From Thermoproteota archaeon (GTDB taxonomy: Archaea > Asgardarchaeota > Njordarchaeia > Njordarchaeales > Panguiarchaeaceae): 34,819 bases of DNA. The stretch covers positions 1-34,819 of the forward strand of contig JANJXX010000010.1 in assembly GCA_024720975.1 (NCBI GenBank). Reading direction: 5' to 3'. A program made the translations under genes and the position numbers. Under the pieces are notes generated by a model. It worked only from the letters and a program-made list of their open reading frames with translations. It did no database searches and was not told the origin of the DNA. Numbering within the stretch: position 1 is the stretch's first letter; every line of letters starts with the position of its first letter. This document shows, piece by piece, positions 1-9,061 of the stretch.

Positions 1-1
1 A

Positions 2-1105
2 ACAGCATATGCAGAGGCGAATCTGCTCGTCTGCAATGTGCTTATTGTTTACGATGAAGCACATGATTATTACTTCACTGCCAGCTATCTGTCAAAATTC
101 GTAGCCCTACTAGAGAAGTATGGTGGAGTATACGTAAATAGAAGACCCTTCGATAAAAACTTACTCGGAAATGCAAGCCTACTAGTAATGATGCATCCGC
201 AAGCGCCACTTTCCAGTGAAGAGATTACATTAGTAAAGAATTATCTAAACAATGGTGGTAAAATAATTATTGCTGCTACTTGGTACAAATACTTCCAACC
301 ATATGTTAACAACATTACGGCAGACTATGGAATATACTTCGTAGACTCAGAAATAATGGATGACACCTACAATATCGGAGGGAAGCCCTATTACCCAATA
401 CTGTACAACTTAGCTAGACATCCAATGTGCCTTGGTGTTCAATATGTTGCTGCTCCATCCTCAGCATACATGCTCATAACACCTGATGTTACTGCTATTG
501 TGCGAGGAAATCCAACGAGTTATGGAGTATCTGACGAAGGTCCTACGGGGGTTAATGGTTCGAATTTGATTGCTGTGGCGACCAAAAGATTAAGTGGTGG
601 GGGTATTATTGTAGCCCTTGGTGGTGCAAGCATTGTATCTGACTGGATCTTCGAGAATAATTCTGTATTCATCGAAAATATGATAAGATGGATCTTCGAT
701 ACCGAGAATCCGAATGTAACCATAAGTGTTGAGTATACCTACAATGACACTTATCCCATTCGCGCTAAGATAACAGTAAGTGCTAGTGATAACATGGCAC
801 TCAAGAGAATTCTAATCACAATAAATGGTACAGTGATTCATAAGAATGAAACATTGCTCGTACCTGAATACACTTACCTATTTGAGATAGCAGACAATGG
901 CACATACGTTATACGAGTGGTAGTAATGGACTGGAGCGATCTCACAAGCGAGGCCGAAGAAACAGTGACGATAATACTTCCACCAGCGCCGTCTCCTCCA
1001 CCGCCTCCTCCACCATCTCTAATGCCTATTGTTGCAATAGTAGTTGTCTGTGCTATATTAGTTGTCGCTGCAATCGCCTTCCTTAGATTTAAAATTAGGA
1101 AGTAA
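2..1105 (+). CDS. 5'-truncated membrane-anchored surface protein (GATase-like/DUF4350-GldG-type domain + Ig-like domain + Pro linker + C-terminal TM)
   Basis: The frame is open from base 2 (TAYAEANLLVCNVLIVYDEAH...). It has a YDEAH motif and L..EE...+.NYL.NGG.++, typical of GATase-like surface domains. A beta-rich Ig-like segment follows, then PPAPSPPPPPPPS, a hydrophobic helix and an RFKIRK tail. Confidence 0.7.
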   Translation, partial: TAYAEANLLVCNVLIVYDEAHDYYFTASYLSKFVALLEKYGGVYVNRRPFDKNLLGNASLLVMMHPQAPLSSEEITLVKNYLNNGGKIIIAATWYKYFQPYVNNITADYGIYFVDSEIMDDTYNIGGKPYYPILYNLARHPMCLGVQYVAAPSSAYMLITPDVTAIVRGNPTSYGVSDEGPTGVNGSNLIAVATKRLSGGGIIVALGGASIVSDWIFENNSVFIENMIRWIFDTENPNVTISVEYTYNDTYPIRAKITVSASDNMALKRILITINGTVIHKNETLLVPEYTYLFEIADNGTYVIRVVVMDWSDLTSEAEETVTIILPPAPSPPPPPPPSLMPIVAIVVVCAILVVAAIAFLRFKIRK

Positions 1106-1243
1106 ATCAACTTCAGCATTTTTCATTGCATAAAATCGTTAATGCTTTCAAATTTATTTTTTATGAAGGATAAGTCTTTAGATTTAGTCTAGTTGATCCA
1201 AAGGCCCGAGAGCCTTGCAATTGCCTACTGTTAGCTTATCCTG

Positions 1244-2605
1244 GTGATTCATGTGAAAAAGTTTGACGCGTCTGATCTTATAAGAAAACCTGATTTAAAG
1301 GCTGTTCTTGCACTTTTGGTGATCTTTGCCTTTGCTATGACATTCACCGTGTATAACTTATATGCTCAGAGTATCCAAGAAGAGGTGCCTATAAATTATC
1401 GTATAACAGCGCCCTATAATCCACCCCCCAGACCGCATAAGGATGGTGAAGTTATCGTCGGCAGAAGGTACTTTACAGTCAGGCTCTACGTGATTCTTAG
1501 CAAGAATATTACAAGTATGGAAGCATACTTGGACGTGACCGGTGAATGTATATATCCTGAGGGAGCCAACGCCACTTTTGAGCCATATCTTTCTGGTGGT
1601 GTTCCTAGGGTTTCAGCTTATAAAGTTTCATTGGATGGCAAGTCGGAGGAGGTAAATGTCTCAGCATCTTTGATAACTTTAGAGGGAAGAAAGTATATCT
1701 ATATTACTTTGCCAGGGAGACTCGCTGGAGAGGCTTATGACCTATACTGGCAATTAGTTCCCCCGAGTGAGATACCTGAAGGCATTGATAAATATATGAT
1801 CGGATTAGAAGTGAAGTTCACCCTGTACTACCCCGATGGCACTTCCGAGTGGCTAGAGATTCCACCAAAGATTATTAACATCATCCGCCCTCCAGTTATG
1901 AATTATATAATAGTAGCTACTTTGGCAGCCGCTGGATTTGGTCTGATAATTCTAGCCGGATTCATGGGATTCTTTAGGTTGTTTTCAACACTGGATCTGA
2001 TCATAATAGCGATAATATCAGCTATGCAGGTAATATGGGTACATGTTATAGGAAGGCTCTTGGTTTTCCCTGTTCTCAATAGAATACCACTGACTTACAA
2101 CTTTGCAGTTGGAGACTTTCCATACATCCTGCTATTAATATTGGCCGTAATGTTAATCAGAAAGCCTGGAACTGTGAGCCTAACGCTATTCGTATATAAC
2201 CTAGCCAGTCAAATAATGGGGTTCTATTCGTTCGATCCAGTATGGTGGGCATACCCAATAGCCGAGGGAATAGTCCCCGATGTATGGATCCTCCTGAGAG
2301 GCGAAGCTGTCCTTACAGATAAAGTTGTCTTTCTGAAGAGACATGTTTCAGCGGAGAAGCTTGAACTTGCTCCTAAGTTCGGTCCACTTAAATACATCGA
2401 CGGATTCATAATTGGATTTGCCCGAGGCTTCACAATGCAATATACACTATATGTTGTTTTCTTCCCATACCTTTATAGGTTAAGCTATAGTATGGGTTAT
2501 GTCTTCTGGTGGTTGGTTATACCTTGGTCCATTGGGAATGCCATAGAAGCAGTAATCTCGGTCCCAATGTGTGAGAATATTCGCAAGTCTGCGGCTACGA
2601 TATAA
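1244..2605 (+). CDS. ECF-transporter S-component-like membrane protein (YkoE/MptD-like) with an extra N-terminal extracellular domain
   Basis: N-terminal TM, then a ~170 aa soluble beta-rich domain, then FSTLDLIIIAII...LIRKPGTV with about 6 TM helices, the pattern of YkoE-type S components. Confidence 0.6.
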   Translation: MIHVKKFDASDLIRKPDLKAVLALLVIFAFAMTFTVYNLYAQSIQEEVPINYRITAPYNPPPRPHKDGEVIVGRRYFTVRLYVILSKNITSMEAYLDVTGECIYPEGANATFEPYLSGGVPRVSAYKVSLDGKSEEVNVSASLITLEGRKYIYITLPGRLAGEAYDLYWQLVPPSEIPEGIDKYMIGLEVKFTLYYPDGTSEWLEIPPKIINIIRPPVMNYIIVATLAAAGFGLIILAGFMGFFRLFSTLDLIIIAIISAMQVIWVHVIGRLLVFPVLNRIPLTYNFAVGDFPYILLLILAVMLIRKPGTVSLTLFVYNLASQIMGFYSFDPVWWAYPIAEGIVPDVWILLRGEAVLTDKVVFLKRHVSAEKLELAPKFGPLKYIDGFIIGFARGFTMQYTLYVVFFPYLYRLSYSMGYVFWWLVIPWSIGNAIEAVISVPMCENIRKSAATI

Positions 2606-2648
2606 GCCTTCTTAACTTTTATTTTTGATGGTTTCCTAATCTCAGGAG

Positions 2649-3227
2649 TCAAGAAGGACACATGGATAAGAATTCAAGTGCCAACTTTACGGCCGTAAAG
2701 AGATTATCTATTTTGCGGTTACTGATGGTTGAGCCCAGTATTATTGATCTTATTCCTACGGCTTCTGAAGCCTTATGATCGTTCTCTGTATCACCTATAA
2801 ACACCACTTTATTTTTGTCCACTCCAGCCTGCTCTAAGACGTACATCAGTTGGTCAGTCCTGTTTAATGAGTACTCTCTTGTCACAATTATTGAGAATTT
2901 ATCCTTAAGTCCTAGAACCTCTAAAACTTTACTTGCCGGTTTTAAACCTTGCAATGTGACAAGTGCTTTGGTTACACCCTCTATGATTCTAAAGCTCTCA
3001 TTTAATTTTGGATCTATGTACATGTTTTGTATAGATTCTAGTTCGAATTCATCGATAATCTCGAATGCTTTTACTCTTTCATCATCTGTAAGTGAGAGAA
3101 GAAAACTATAAATTGATGTGAAGACTTTTTCGTCGCCAAATTCTTTGTAAAGTCTCCTCCTGAGCTCGTCATAATTTATGGGAAGCTTAACTAAAGTCCC
3201 ATCAAGATCAAAAATTAATAGACTCAC
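2649..3227 (-). CDS. HAD-superfamily hydrolase (phosphatase)
   Basis: Motif I IFDLDGTL, motif II LVT, motif IV FIGDTEND. Its start overlaps the upstream stop by 4 nt. Confidence 0.9.
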   Translation of the reverse strand: MSLLIFDLDGTLVKLPINYDELRRRLYKEFGDEKVFTSIYSFLLSLTDDERVKAFEIIDEFELESIQNMYIDPKLNESFRIIEGVTKALVTLQGLKPASKVLEVLGLKDKFSIIVTREYSLNRTDQLMYVLEQAGVDKNKVVFIGDTENDHKASEAVGIRSIILGSTISNRKIDNLFTAVKLALEFLSMCPS

Positions 3228-4306
3228 AGTATTCTCCTCTTTTTGCCGTCGGGGAGCAGTAGTACTGCACCACTGTCTATGTGGCGTATAAGTGTTACTC
3301 CGTCAGGAAACATGTCTGGTCCTACAAATTCTACGTCATCAGCTTCCTCAAGTCCAAGTTTTATGTATACATATGGCAAGTTATAGTTTGCATTGTATCC
3401 TAAGGCCTTGATGCCAGCATAACACCACAATCCAAGCGTCGTGTGTGGTCTGGGATTTATCTCAGTTATATATGGCTTGTTGTCTTTGTATTTGATGTCG
3501 AAGCAGTAGAATCCAGAGGCTGTTGGGTCTAGAGTCCTTATAGCCTCCATGCAGACTTTTGTAAGTTTATCATCAATAAATACTCTGGCTACCGCCGGAG
3601 TTCCCGTTAAGCCAGATGGGGATAAATGTGGATATATGTACTCAAGCCTCTCTCTGGAGAATGAGGCTACGAGTTTGCCATTATACCATAAACTGTCCCA
3701 TGCAGCATCTTTTCCAGGTATATATTCCTGTACAATAATATCATCAGTGGTTACTGCACCTCGTAGAACCCACAGTCTGACCCAATGTTCTGCTTCCTCA
3801 ACACTATTCACTGGTAAACTCAGGCGCGCGCCTGCACCCTTTCTTGCTCGTATCCATACGGGCCATCCAAATTCCTCTGCAATCTCTTTTAGAGCTTCTG
3901 GATCATACTTTCTAGTCTCTGGGACTGGAATTCCCCTTTCCTTAAAGAATTTATATGTGAGATATTTGTCGCATAGAATGTCAATTATACTTTCCTTTGG
4001 CAAGAGTGTCTTAACACTAAGCTTATTTAGATTTTTGACAATGACCTCAACCTCAACGTCTGGTTGTGGGTGTAGGAGGTCTATTTTTTCTTGTTGAATT
4101 ATACGCTTAAGCTCAGGTATGTAGTCTGGCAACTTTGCTTTTGGAACTTTATAGATTTTCTCAATGGGAGTCAGGTGGATAAGCCACTCCCCAGCATCAG
4201 TTCCTATGATGTGGAATTTTTCTGGAGCCTCTAGGAGGGCTCTGATGAAATTAATAGCAGCTGGACCTCCGCATCCGGTAACAAGTATTCTTCTTTCATC
4301 CATCAT
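3224..4306 (-). CDS. ATP-grasp domain protein (CarB-like/PylC-like carboxylate-amine ligase)
   Basis: ILVTGCGGPAA N-domain; DKYLTY, GIPVPET, VQEYIPG and YITEINPR ATP-grasp motifs. Confidence 0.85.
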   Translation of the reverse strand: MMDERRILVTGCGGPAAINFIRALLEAPEKFHIIGTDAGEWLIHLTPIEKIYKVPKAKLPDYIPELKRIIQQEKIDLLHPQPDVEVEVIVKNLNKLSVKTLLPKESIIDILCDKYLTYKFFKERGIPVPETRKYDPEALKEIAEEFGWPVWIRARKGAGARLSLPVNSVEEAEHWVRLWVLRGAVTTDDIIVQEYIPGKDAAWDSLWYNGKLVASFSRERLEYIYPHLSPSGLTGTPAVARVFIDDKLTKVCMEAIRTLDPTASGFYCFDIKYKDNKPYITEINPRPHTTLGLWCYAGIKALGYNANYNLPYVYIKLGLEEADDVEFVGPDMFPDGVTLIRHIDSGAVLLLPDGKKRRIL

Positions 4307-4362
4307 ATTTCTACACTCTCGTAATTTCTCTGATATTTCGAATTACTCCCATTAAAAACCGT

Positions 4363-5730
4363 TTATATGGCTGCTAATGCTTTGATGGCTCTTACTTTAT
4401 TTATCGTTTCTCTAATCATCTTTTTTGCAACTGCAAGATGAGGCTCTGGCTCGAATAGTTGCTTTAACTCTTCTTCTTTGAAATGTTGTCTAAAGATGTG
4501 GTTACTTAAGACGAGATCAATGAATGTTTCTTTCGTTTCGTGGGCCTTCATTGCCAGTTCTCTTACGAGCATGTAAGCCCTCGCTCTGCCGTAGCCTTTG
4601 AGTGCTAGAGCGTTTGCTAGTATTTCTGAGAATATGAGACCCTTTGTCATGTTGAGGTTCTCTCTTACTTTATCCGTATCTACCTTTAATCTTGATAAAA
4701 TTCTAATCATCTTGTCTAATTGCTCATCCAGGATTAAGAATGCCTCTGGGATTAATATCCTCTCGGCACCACTATTTGTGAGATCTCTTTCATGCCAAGT
4801 AATTATGTTCTCCAGGGCTGCTATTGTTAAACTACGTAATATTTTGGCTAGTGATGATACATTCTCCGCTGCAATTGGATTTCTTTTGTGGGGCATTGCT
4901 GTTGATCCTATCTGGGTTTCGATGAATTCTTCTTCAACTTCTGCAATTTCCGTCCTCTGTAAGTTTCTTATTTCAGTAGCTAGCTTATCTAGACTCGATG
5001 ATATATTAGCAAATAGTAGAAAAAGTTCAGCTAGAATATCCCGCGATATTATTTGCACCGCACTTCTGTCCGGCTTTAAACCAAGTTCACTTAAGACTTC
5101 AGCCTCTATTTCCTCGCCTAGTTCTCCAAGTCCTGTGTGTATTCCAACGGCGCCGCTAATCTTTCCGACATATAATCTTTTCTCTAGATCTTGTATCCTC
5201 TCCCAGTGTCTTAGAAATTCCTCAGCGAATACTGCAAATTTTCGACCAAAGAGATAGACATTTGCATGAATACCATGTGTTCTAGCAACGCAAGGAAGGT
5301 TCATATACTTTTCGGCCAAATCTGCTAACTTTTCTAGGAGGTTGAGTAGCTTCCTCTTTATGATCTTCATGGAATCCTTTATAACTACCATCTTGGCAGT
5401 GTCACGCAAGTCTTCGGAGGTAAGTCCTATATGAAGCCACTCCCCCAGTTCACCCATTTTTCTCGCAAGCACATTAATTAGAGCCATAATGTCATGTCTT
5501 GTTATTCTTTCCTCCTCGAAAACAGCATCAATAGAGAATTCATCCAAAGACCTTCTAAGAGCCTCACTGGTACCCTTTGGAACGAGCCCCCTTTTTTCTT
5601 GAGCACAAACGACTAGATACTCTATCCATGCCATGGTTTTATAGAGATTTTGAACGGACAGAATTCTCCTTAATTCTTCACATCCATATCTGTATTCAAT
5701 TGGGTGTACTCTCTCACCAACACCGCTCAA
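4363..5730 (-). CDS. purB: adenylosuccinate lyase
   Basis: TRHDI, HIGLTSED, ARTHG, GKISGAVG, GSTAMPHKRNP signature and HERDLTNS. Confidence 0.97.
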   Translation of the reverse strand: MSGVGERVHPIEYRYGCEELRRILSVQNLYKTMAWIEYLVVCAQEKRGLVPKGTSEALRRSLDEFSIDAVFEEERITRHDIMALINVLARKMGELGEWLHIGLTSEDLRDTAKMVVIKDSMKIIKRKLLNLLEKLADLAEKYMNLPCVARTHGIHANVYLFGRKFAVFAEEFLRHWERIQDLEKRLYVGKISGAVGIHTGLGELGEEIEAEVLSELGLKPDRSAVQIISRDILAELFLLFANISSSLDKLATEIRNLQRTEIAEVEEEFIETQIGSTAMPHKRNPIAAENVSSLAKILRSLTIAALENIITWHERDLTNSGAERILIPEAFLILDEQLDKMIRILSRLKVDTDKVRENLNMTKGLIFSEILANALALKGYGRARAYMLVRELAMKAHETKETFIDLVLSNHIFRQHFKEEELKQLFEPEPHLAVAKKMIRETINKVRAIKALAAI

Positions 5731-6737
5731 GGTTTTCGCCTATCAATAGCCTCGTGAATCTCCAATCCAGTTCTGATAATTGTTACAGGAACACCTAGAT
5801 TTCTCTCAAGCTCCAGGATGTGCTCCTTTGCCTCAGGACTTAACTCATCCCAAGATCTCTTCCCCCGATCTTTGGGAAACAAAGCATCAAGTTTTGTGAT
5901 GGCTATCTGGGTTGCACTGTTAAGGCGTATGGCTCTCTTAGCGAGCTCATAATTGAAAGGAGCAGCCCTCCGTAATCGTCCAGTGACAGTCCCGTATTCC
6001 TCCCATCCTCGTCTTTTCACTTCATCTGCGGGAAGTTCTCCAGGAAGCGGACCTGCCCCAACCCGTGTGACGAAAGCTTTGAAGACCAAGACTACCTCAT
6101 CAACATCCTTGGGTCCTATCCCAATATCTCCACAGAGAGTTCCCGCGGTAGTATCTTTAGATGTTACATACGGGTAGAAGCCATGGTACAACGAGAGAAA
6201 TGTGCCTTGCGTGCCCTCAACGAGTACCCTCTTGTTACTATCTATAGCCTCCCAGATTTCATCGGGAACACTTGTAATTAATTGGCGAAGTGTATCAACA
6301 TCTCTCGCTAATTTGAGAATTCTCAGCGCTCTATCAGCATTGGCCTGACCGCATCCTGTAAGCGTACTACCAATTTCACCCTTGAGGTGGGCCGACTCCT
6401 TCTCTCTCTGAATGTGTATTTCCTCTATTATCCCTGCATTTTTATCAACACCAACTCTTTTTATATCGATCTCATACATCCGAATTTCATTGAGGAGTAC
6501 TTCGGGATTTACCAAAACCCCAGGACCTATGAGCAGCCTGCTTTTTTCATACACAAAGCCAGAAGGTACCTGCCTTAGCCTGTAAGTCCTTCCATTGTAG
6601 ATTACAGTGTGACCGGCGTTTGGTCCTACGCCCCCTCTAGCACATATGTCAACCTTGTCTTTCAGTGCTAAAAATCCGACAACACTACCCTTGCCTTCGT
6701 CCCCGAAGAAACCGCCGATGACTAGATATACAGGCAT
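5727..6737 (-). CDS. purA: adenylosuccinate synthetase (short archaeal type)
   Basis: GGFFGDEGKG, GPNAGHT, EGTQG, YPYVTS, EYGTVTGRLRR and TKLD. Start moved to ATG 6737 (MPVYLVIGG). Confidence 0.97.
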   Translation of the reverse strand: MPVYLVIGGFFGDEGKGSVVGFLALKDKVDICARGGVGPNAGHTVIYNGRTYRLRQVPSGFVYEKSRLLIGPGVLVNPEVLLNEIRMYEIDIKRVGVDKNAGIIEEIHIQREKESAHLKGEIGSTLTGCGQANADRALRILKLARDVDTLRQLITSVPDEIWEAIDSNKRVLVEGTQGTFLSLYHGFYPYVTSKDTTAGTLCGDIGIGPKDVDEVVLVFKAFVTRVGAGPLPGELPADEVKRRGWEEYGTVTGRLRRAAPFNYELAKRAIRLNSATQIAITKLDALFPKDRGKRSWDELSPEAKEHILELERNLGVPVTIIRTGLEIHEAIDRRKP

Positions 6738-6804
6738 GAATTTCACCAATAGTACAAAAGCGAACATAATAATATTAAAGTATTTACAAACCAAATGAGA
6801 GAAC

Positions 6805-7470
6805 TTAGGAGCTTTTAACCATAACTACGCATGCAAACTTCATCGGAATTACTTGCTTCTGTGATTTTACTTGGACTACTAAAACCCTATTGATCTTGTC
6901 GATTTTAAGTATCTCTATGTCAGCGCCAGGTTTAATATTAGTGTGTATCACAAGTGCCAATACCTCCGGTGCCTCAAATGCTATTCTTGAGACGATAAAT
7001 TTCCCTAAGCCAGCTTCCAGAAGCGGGATGTCGTCGGGCTCTGCAATGCGTAGGTTCCTATCAGGTATAGGATTTCCATGAGGACAGAACTTAGGATAAT
7101 CTAGGAATACTTCCAACCTGTTAATAGTATCCTCAGATAGTACGTGTTCCGTCCTGCAAGCTTCATTATGTGCTGCTATAAGATCATGCCCTAATTTATC
7201 GTGGAAGAAAACTTCGCACATCCGGTGGGCCCTAAGAATCCTTGCCACCCTAATAATACCTCTCTCAGTTAGCCTAACACCTTGATATCTCAAGTACTCC
7301 AAATACCCCTTCTTCGCAAGTCGCTGAAGAGTTATAGTTACAGTACTAGGGGCGTATGCCATAAACTCGGCTAAGAGCTTAGGTTTTACGTAGCCTTTCC
7401 CGCCAGGCATCAACCGATATATAGTCTTCAGATAATTCTCAGCGCTTTCTGATAGTTCATCCATAGACAT
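6805..7470 (-). CDS. DtxR/MntR-family metal-dependent transcriptional regulator with C-terminal FeoA/SH3 domain
   Basis: ENYLKTIY, HTH, HR.CE.F, EAC.TEH, FCPHGNPIP and a FeoA-like tail. The start is probably ATG 7470 or 7464. Confidence 0.92.
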   Translation of the reverse strand: MSMDELSESAENYLKTIYRLMPGGKGYVKPKLLAEFMAYAPSTVTITLQRLAKKGYLEYLRYQGVRLTERGIIRVARILRAHRMCEVFFHDKLGHDLIAAHNEACRTEHVLSEDTINRLEVFLDYPKFCPHGNPIPDRNLRIAEPDDIPLLEAGLGKFIVSRIAFEAPEVLALVIHTNIKPGADIEILKIDKINRVLVVQVKSQKQVIPMKFACVVMVKSS

Positions 7471-7496
7471 ATCAGGCAGACTCCCTCTCAAAGATC

Positions 7497-7508
7497 TTAA
7501 GTACCTAA
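7497..7508. promoter_or_regulatory. candidate DtxR-family autoregulatory operator (TTAAGTACCTAA)
   Basis: One-mismatch TTAGG-N2-CCTAA palindrome 27-38 nt upstream of the regulator ATG. A perfect copy lies at 8839-8850. Confidence 0.3.
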
Positions 7509-7616
7509 ATTATGCTGGGGATCAGTAGTTTAATCCCAATCTCATAATACCGCAAAAGCATTTTTATAAAGTGTAAATTTATAAGATAGAATGCTGTAGA
7601 CGGCCGGTGTTAATGC

Positions 7617-7991
7617 GTGCCAGAGATACCCATTAGGCGAGTATTAATCTTTGATTATGGCGGATTGCAAGTTGTCGTTAAATTTCCCAAGGGAAATTAC
7701 AAGGTTGTATTAGAGTGGTCAGAGGAACTTAGCTTGAGGGGTGCGAGCTTTGTAGCTCGTATCCTCGAAAAGAAAACCAAGAATATTGACTTTCTGGAAT
7801 TACGGCCAGGTCTATCAGCATACATCGGATCTAAATACATAACTGTTATAGAGCATAAGAAACTATCTCCAACTCGCGTCAGGGAACTCGCAAGGAAAAT
7901 TGATGCGTTACTATCGTCGATAAGTGCCATTACTCCAAAGGACATGGGTGAGGCAGTGGCTAGGGCAGTAAAGGTGGAGTTTGGAGTTTGA
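7617..7991 (+). CDS. small hypothetical protein, possibly longin/roadblock/profilin-like fold
   Basis: 124 aa with a beta-beta-alpha-beta-beta-beta-alpha-alpha-like pattern (VLIFDYGG.....TVIEH...RVRELARKIDALL). The fold call is inference. Confidence 0.55.
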   Translation: MPEIPIRRVLIFDYGGLQVVVKFPKGNYKVVLEWSEELSLRGASFVARILEKKTKNIDFLELRPGLSAYIGSKYITVIEHKKLSPTRVRELARKIDALLSSISAITPKDMGEAVARAVKVEFGV

Positions 7992-8001
7992 GTGAGGTAT
8001 A

Positions 8002-8051
8002 TCCGATGTCGGGTTTCTCATCACACTTCAGTAGCATCAGGCTATCGTCAT
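8002..8051 (-). ncRNA. candidate C/D-box guide sRNA
   Basis: Minus strand: ATGACGA (C) - 13 nt TAGCCTGATGCTA - CTGA (D') - AGT - GTGATGA (C') - 12 nt GAAACCCGACAT - CGGA (D variant). It is 50 nt long and intergenic. Confidence 0.6.
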
Positions 8052-8221
8052 TTAAAATAATTTGGACTTCTTGTAACCTTTAAGTAAGAAATTGTGTGAA
8101 TAAAAGAGAGAAGAAATTTCTGAGAAAGCATAGATAGTTGAATTCGTGTGATTTTTCTATGTTCTTGAATTTTTGCATGATGGTCTTTCTTTATTCCTAC
8201 GTTGGACTTTATTATTAACAA

Positions 8222-8644
8222 TTATGGACTGATAAACTTAAACAGTGTTTCAAAGTCCTCAGGTGGAATCTTTATCATCGCTCTCCTTAGTCTGACAGAC
8301 CAATACCTAACCCCACTTAGGAAACTCAGCTTCTTGGCAACTTCTTCAAAGGGTAGTAATTCCTTTGGAACAACCACTGGCTCTATCTTAACACGATACG
8401 GAAAGATCTCATCCTTTTTAAGTCTGGGGCTGATAAAAATTTTTTCGCGGCTCTCAAACGGTTCGGAAATGACCTTGAAAATTCCACCAACTTTTTTAGG
8501 AGCAACGTAAAATATAAGAAAGTCACCGGGCTTGATGTCGCTAATAAAACGCTTGCCACTCTTCTCGGGAAGCCCCCAGATGTGCTTCTCCTTGATAATA
8601 TTCCAGTTTTCCTCATTAGTAACACAGAGCCAGTAATTAGTCAA
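8222..8644 (-). CDS. EVE domain protein (PUA-like)
   Basis: YWLCVTNEENW...WG...IKPGDFLIFYV...FPYRV...IPPEDF. The start is probably TTG 8644, preceded by a GGGGGT RBS. Confidence 0.9.
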   Translation of the reverse strand: MTNYWLCVTNEENWNIIKEKHIWGLPEKSGKRFISDIKPGDFLIFYVAPKKVGGIFKVISEPFESREKIFISPRLKKDEIFPYRVKIEPVVVPKELLPFEEVAKKLSFLSGVRYWSVRLRRAMIKIPPEDFETLFKFISP

Positions 8645-9061
8645 TATTGACCCCCAAACATAAAGTGATTTCAACCTACGTAAAGCGTTCAAATTTCATT
8701 TAAAAAACATAGGTACTGCTATAGCAGATATAGCCTTCATTCTTACTATGAAAGACAAGTTTTCGGTTTTTTTAATGAATATAAAGTTAAGTCTCAATTA
8801 TCACAAATTCTATGCTTTAACCACAGCGCTTGGCAACCTTAGGATCCTAACAGATGTTTCGCCTGCGGCGAAAATCTTATCTAAGGTACTATCTCAAAGT
8901 CATATCGCCATTTTTCAAGAGCAAAGTAATTGTGAGATAATTCGTAAGTTTTTTATTTAACCCACTAATTCCACTTTTTCAACCTCCTTTAAAAAATTGA
9001 AAAATTAGTTGAAATTATATAAGCCATTATGTATTTATTTCAATTATTTGAGGGACGATAT

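Noticed and set aside
1106-1243. TPP riboswitch upstream of the ECF-like gene (also checked upstream of thiC)
   Set aside because: Only a short AAGGC/GCCTT hairpin is present. The conserved TPP core elements are absent.
5727-6737. PurZ (2-aminoadenine pathway) instead of PurA
   Set aside because: It keeps the catalytic Asp in GDEGKG (PurZ has Ser) and is coupled to purB as in normal AMP synthesis.
8006-8082. ~25-aa plus-strand ORF with a GAGGT RBS after the 124-aa gene
   Set aside because: No recognisable protein features. The region is better explained by the antisense C/D-box architecture.
8748-8960. 70-aa ORF in the EVE-Lrp spacer
   Set aside because: No RBS or motif and AT-rich, so probably spurious.
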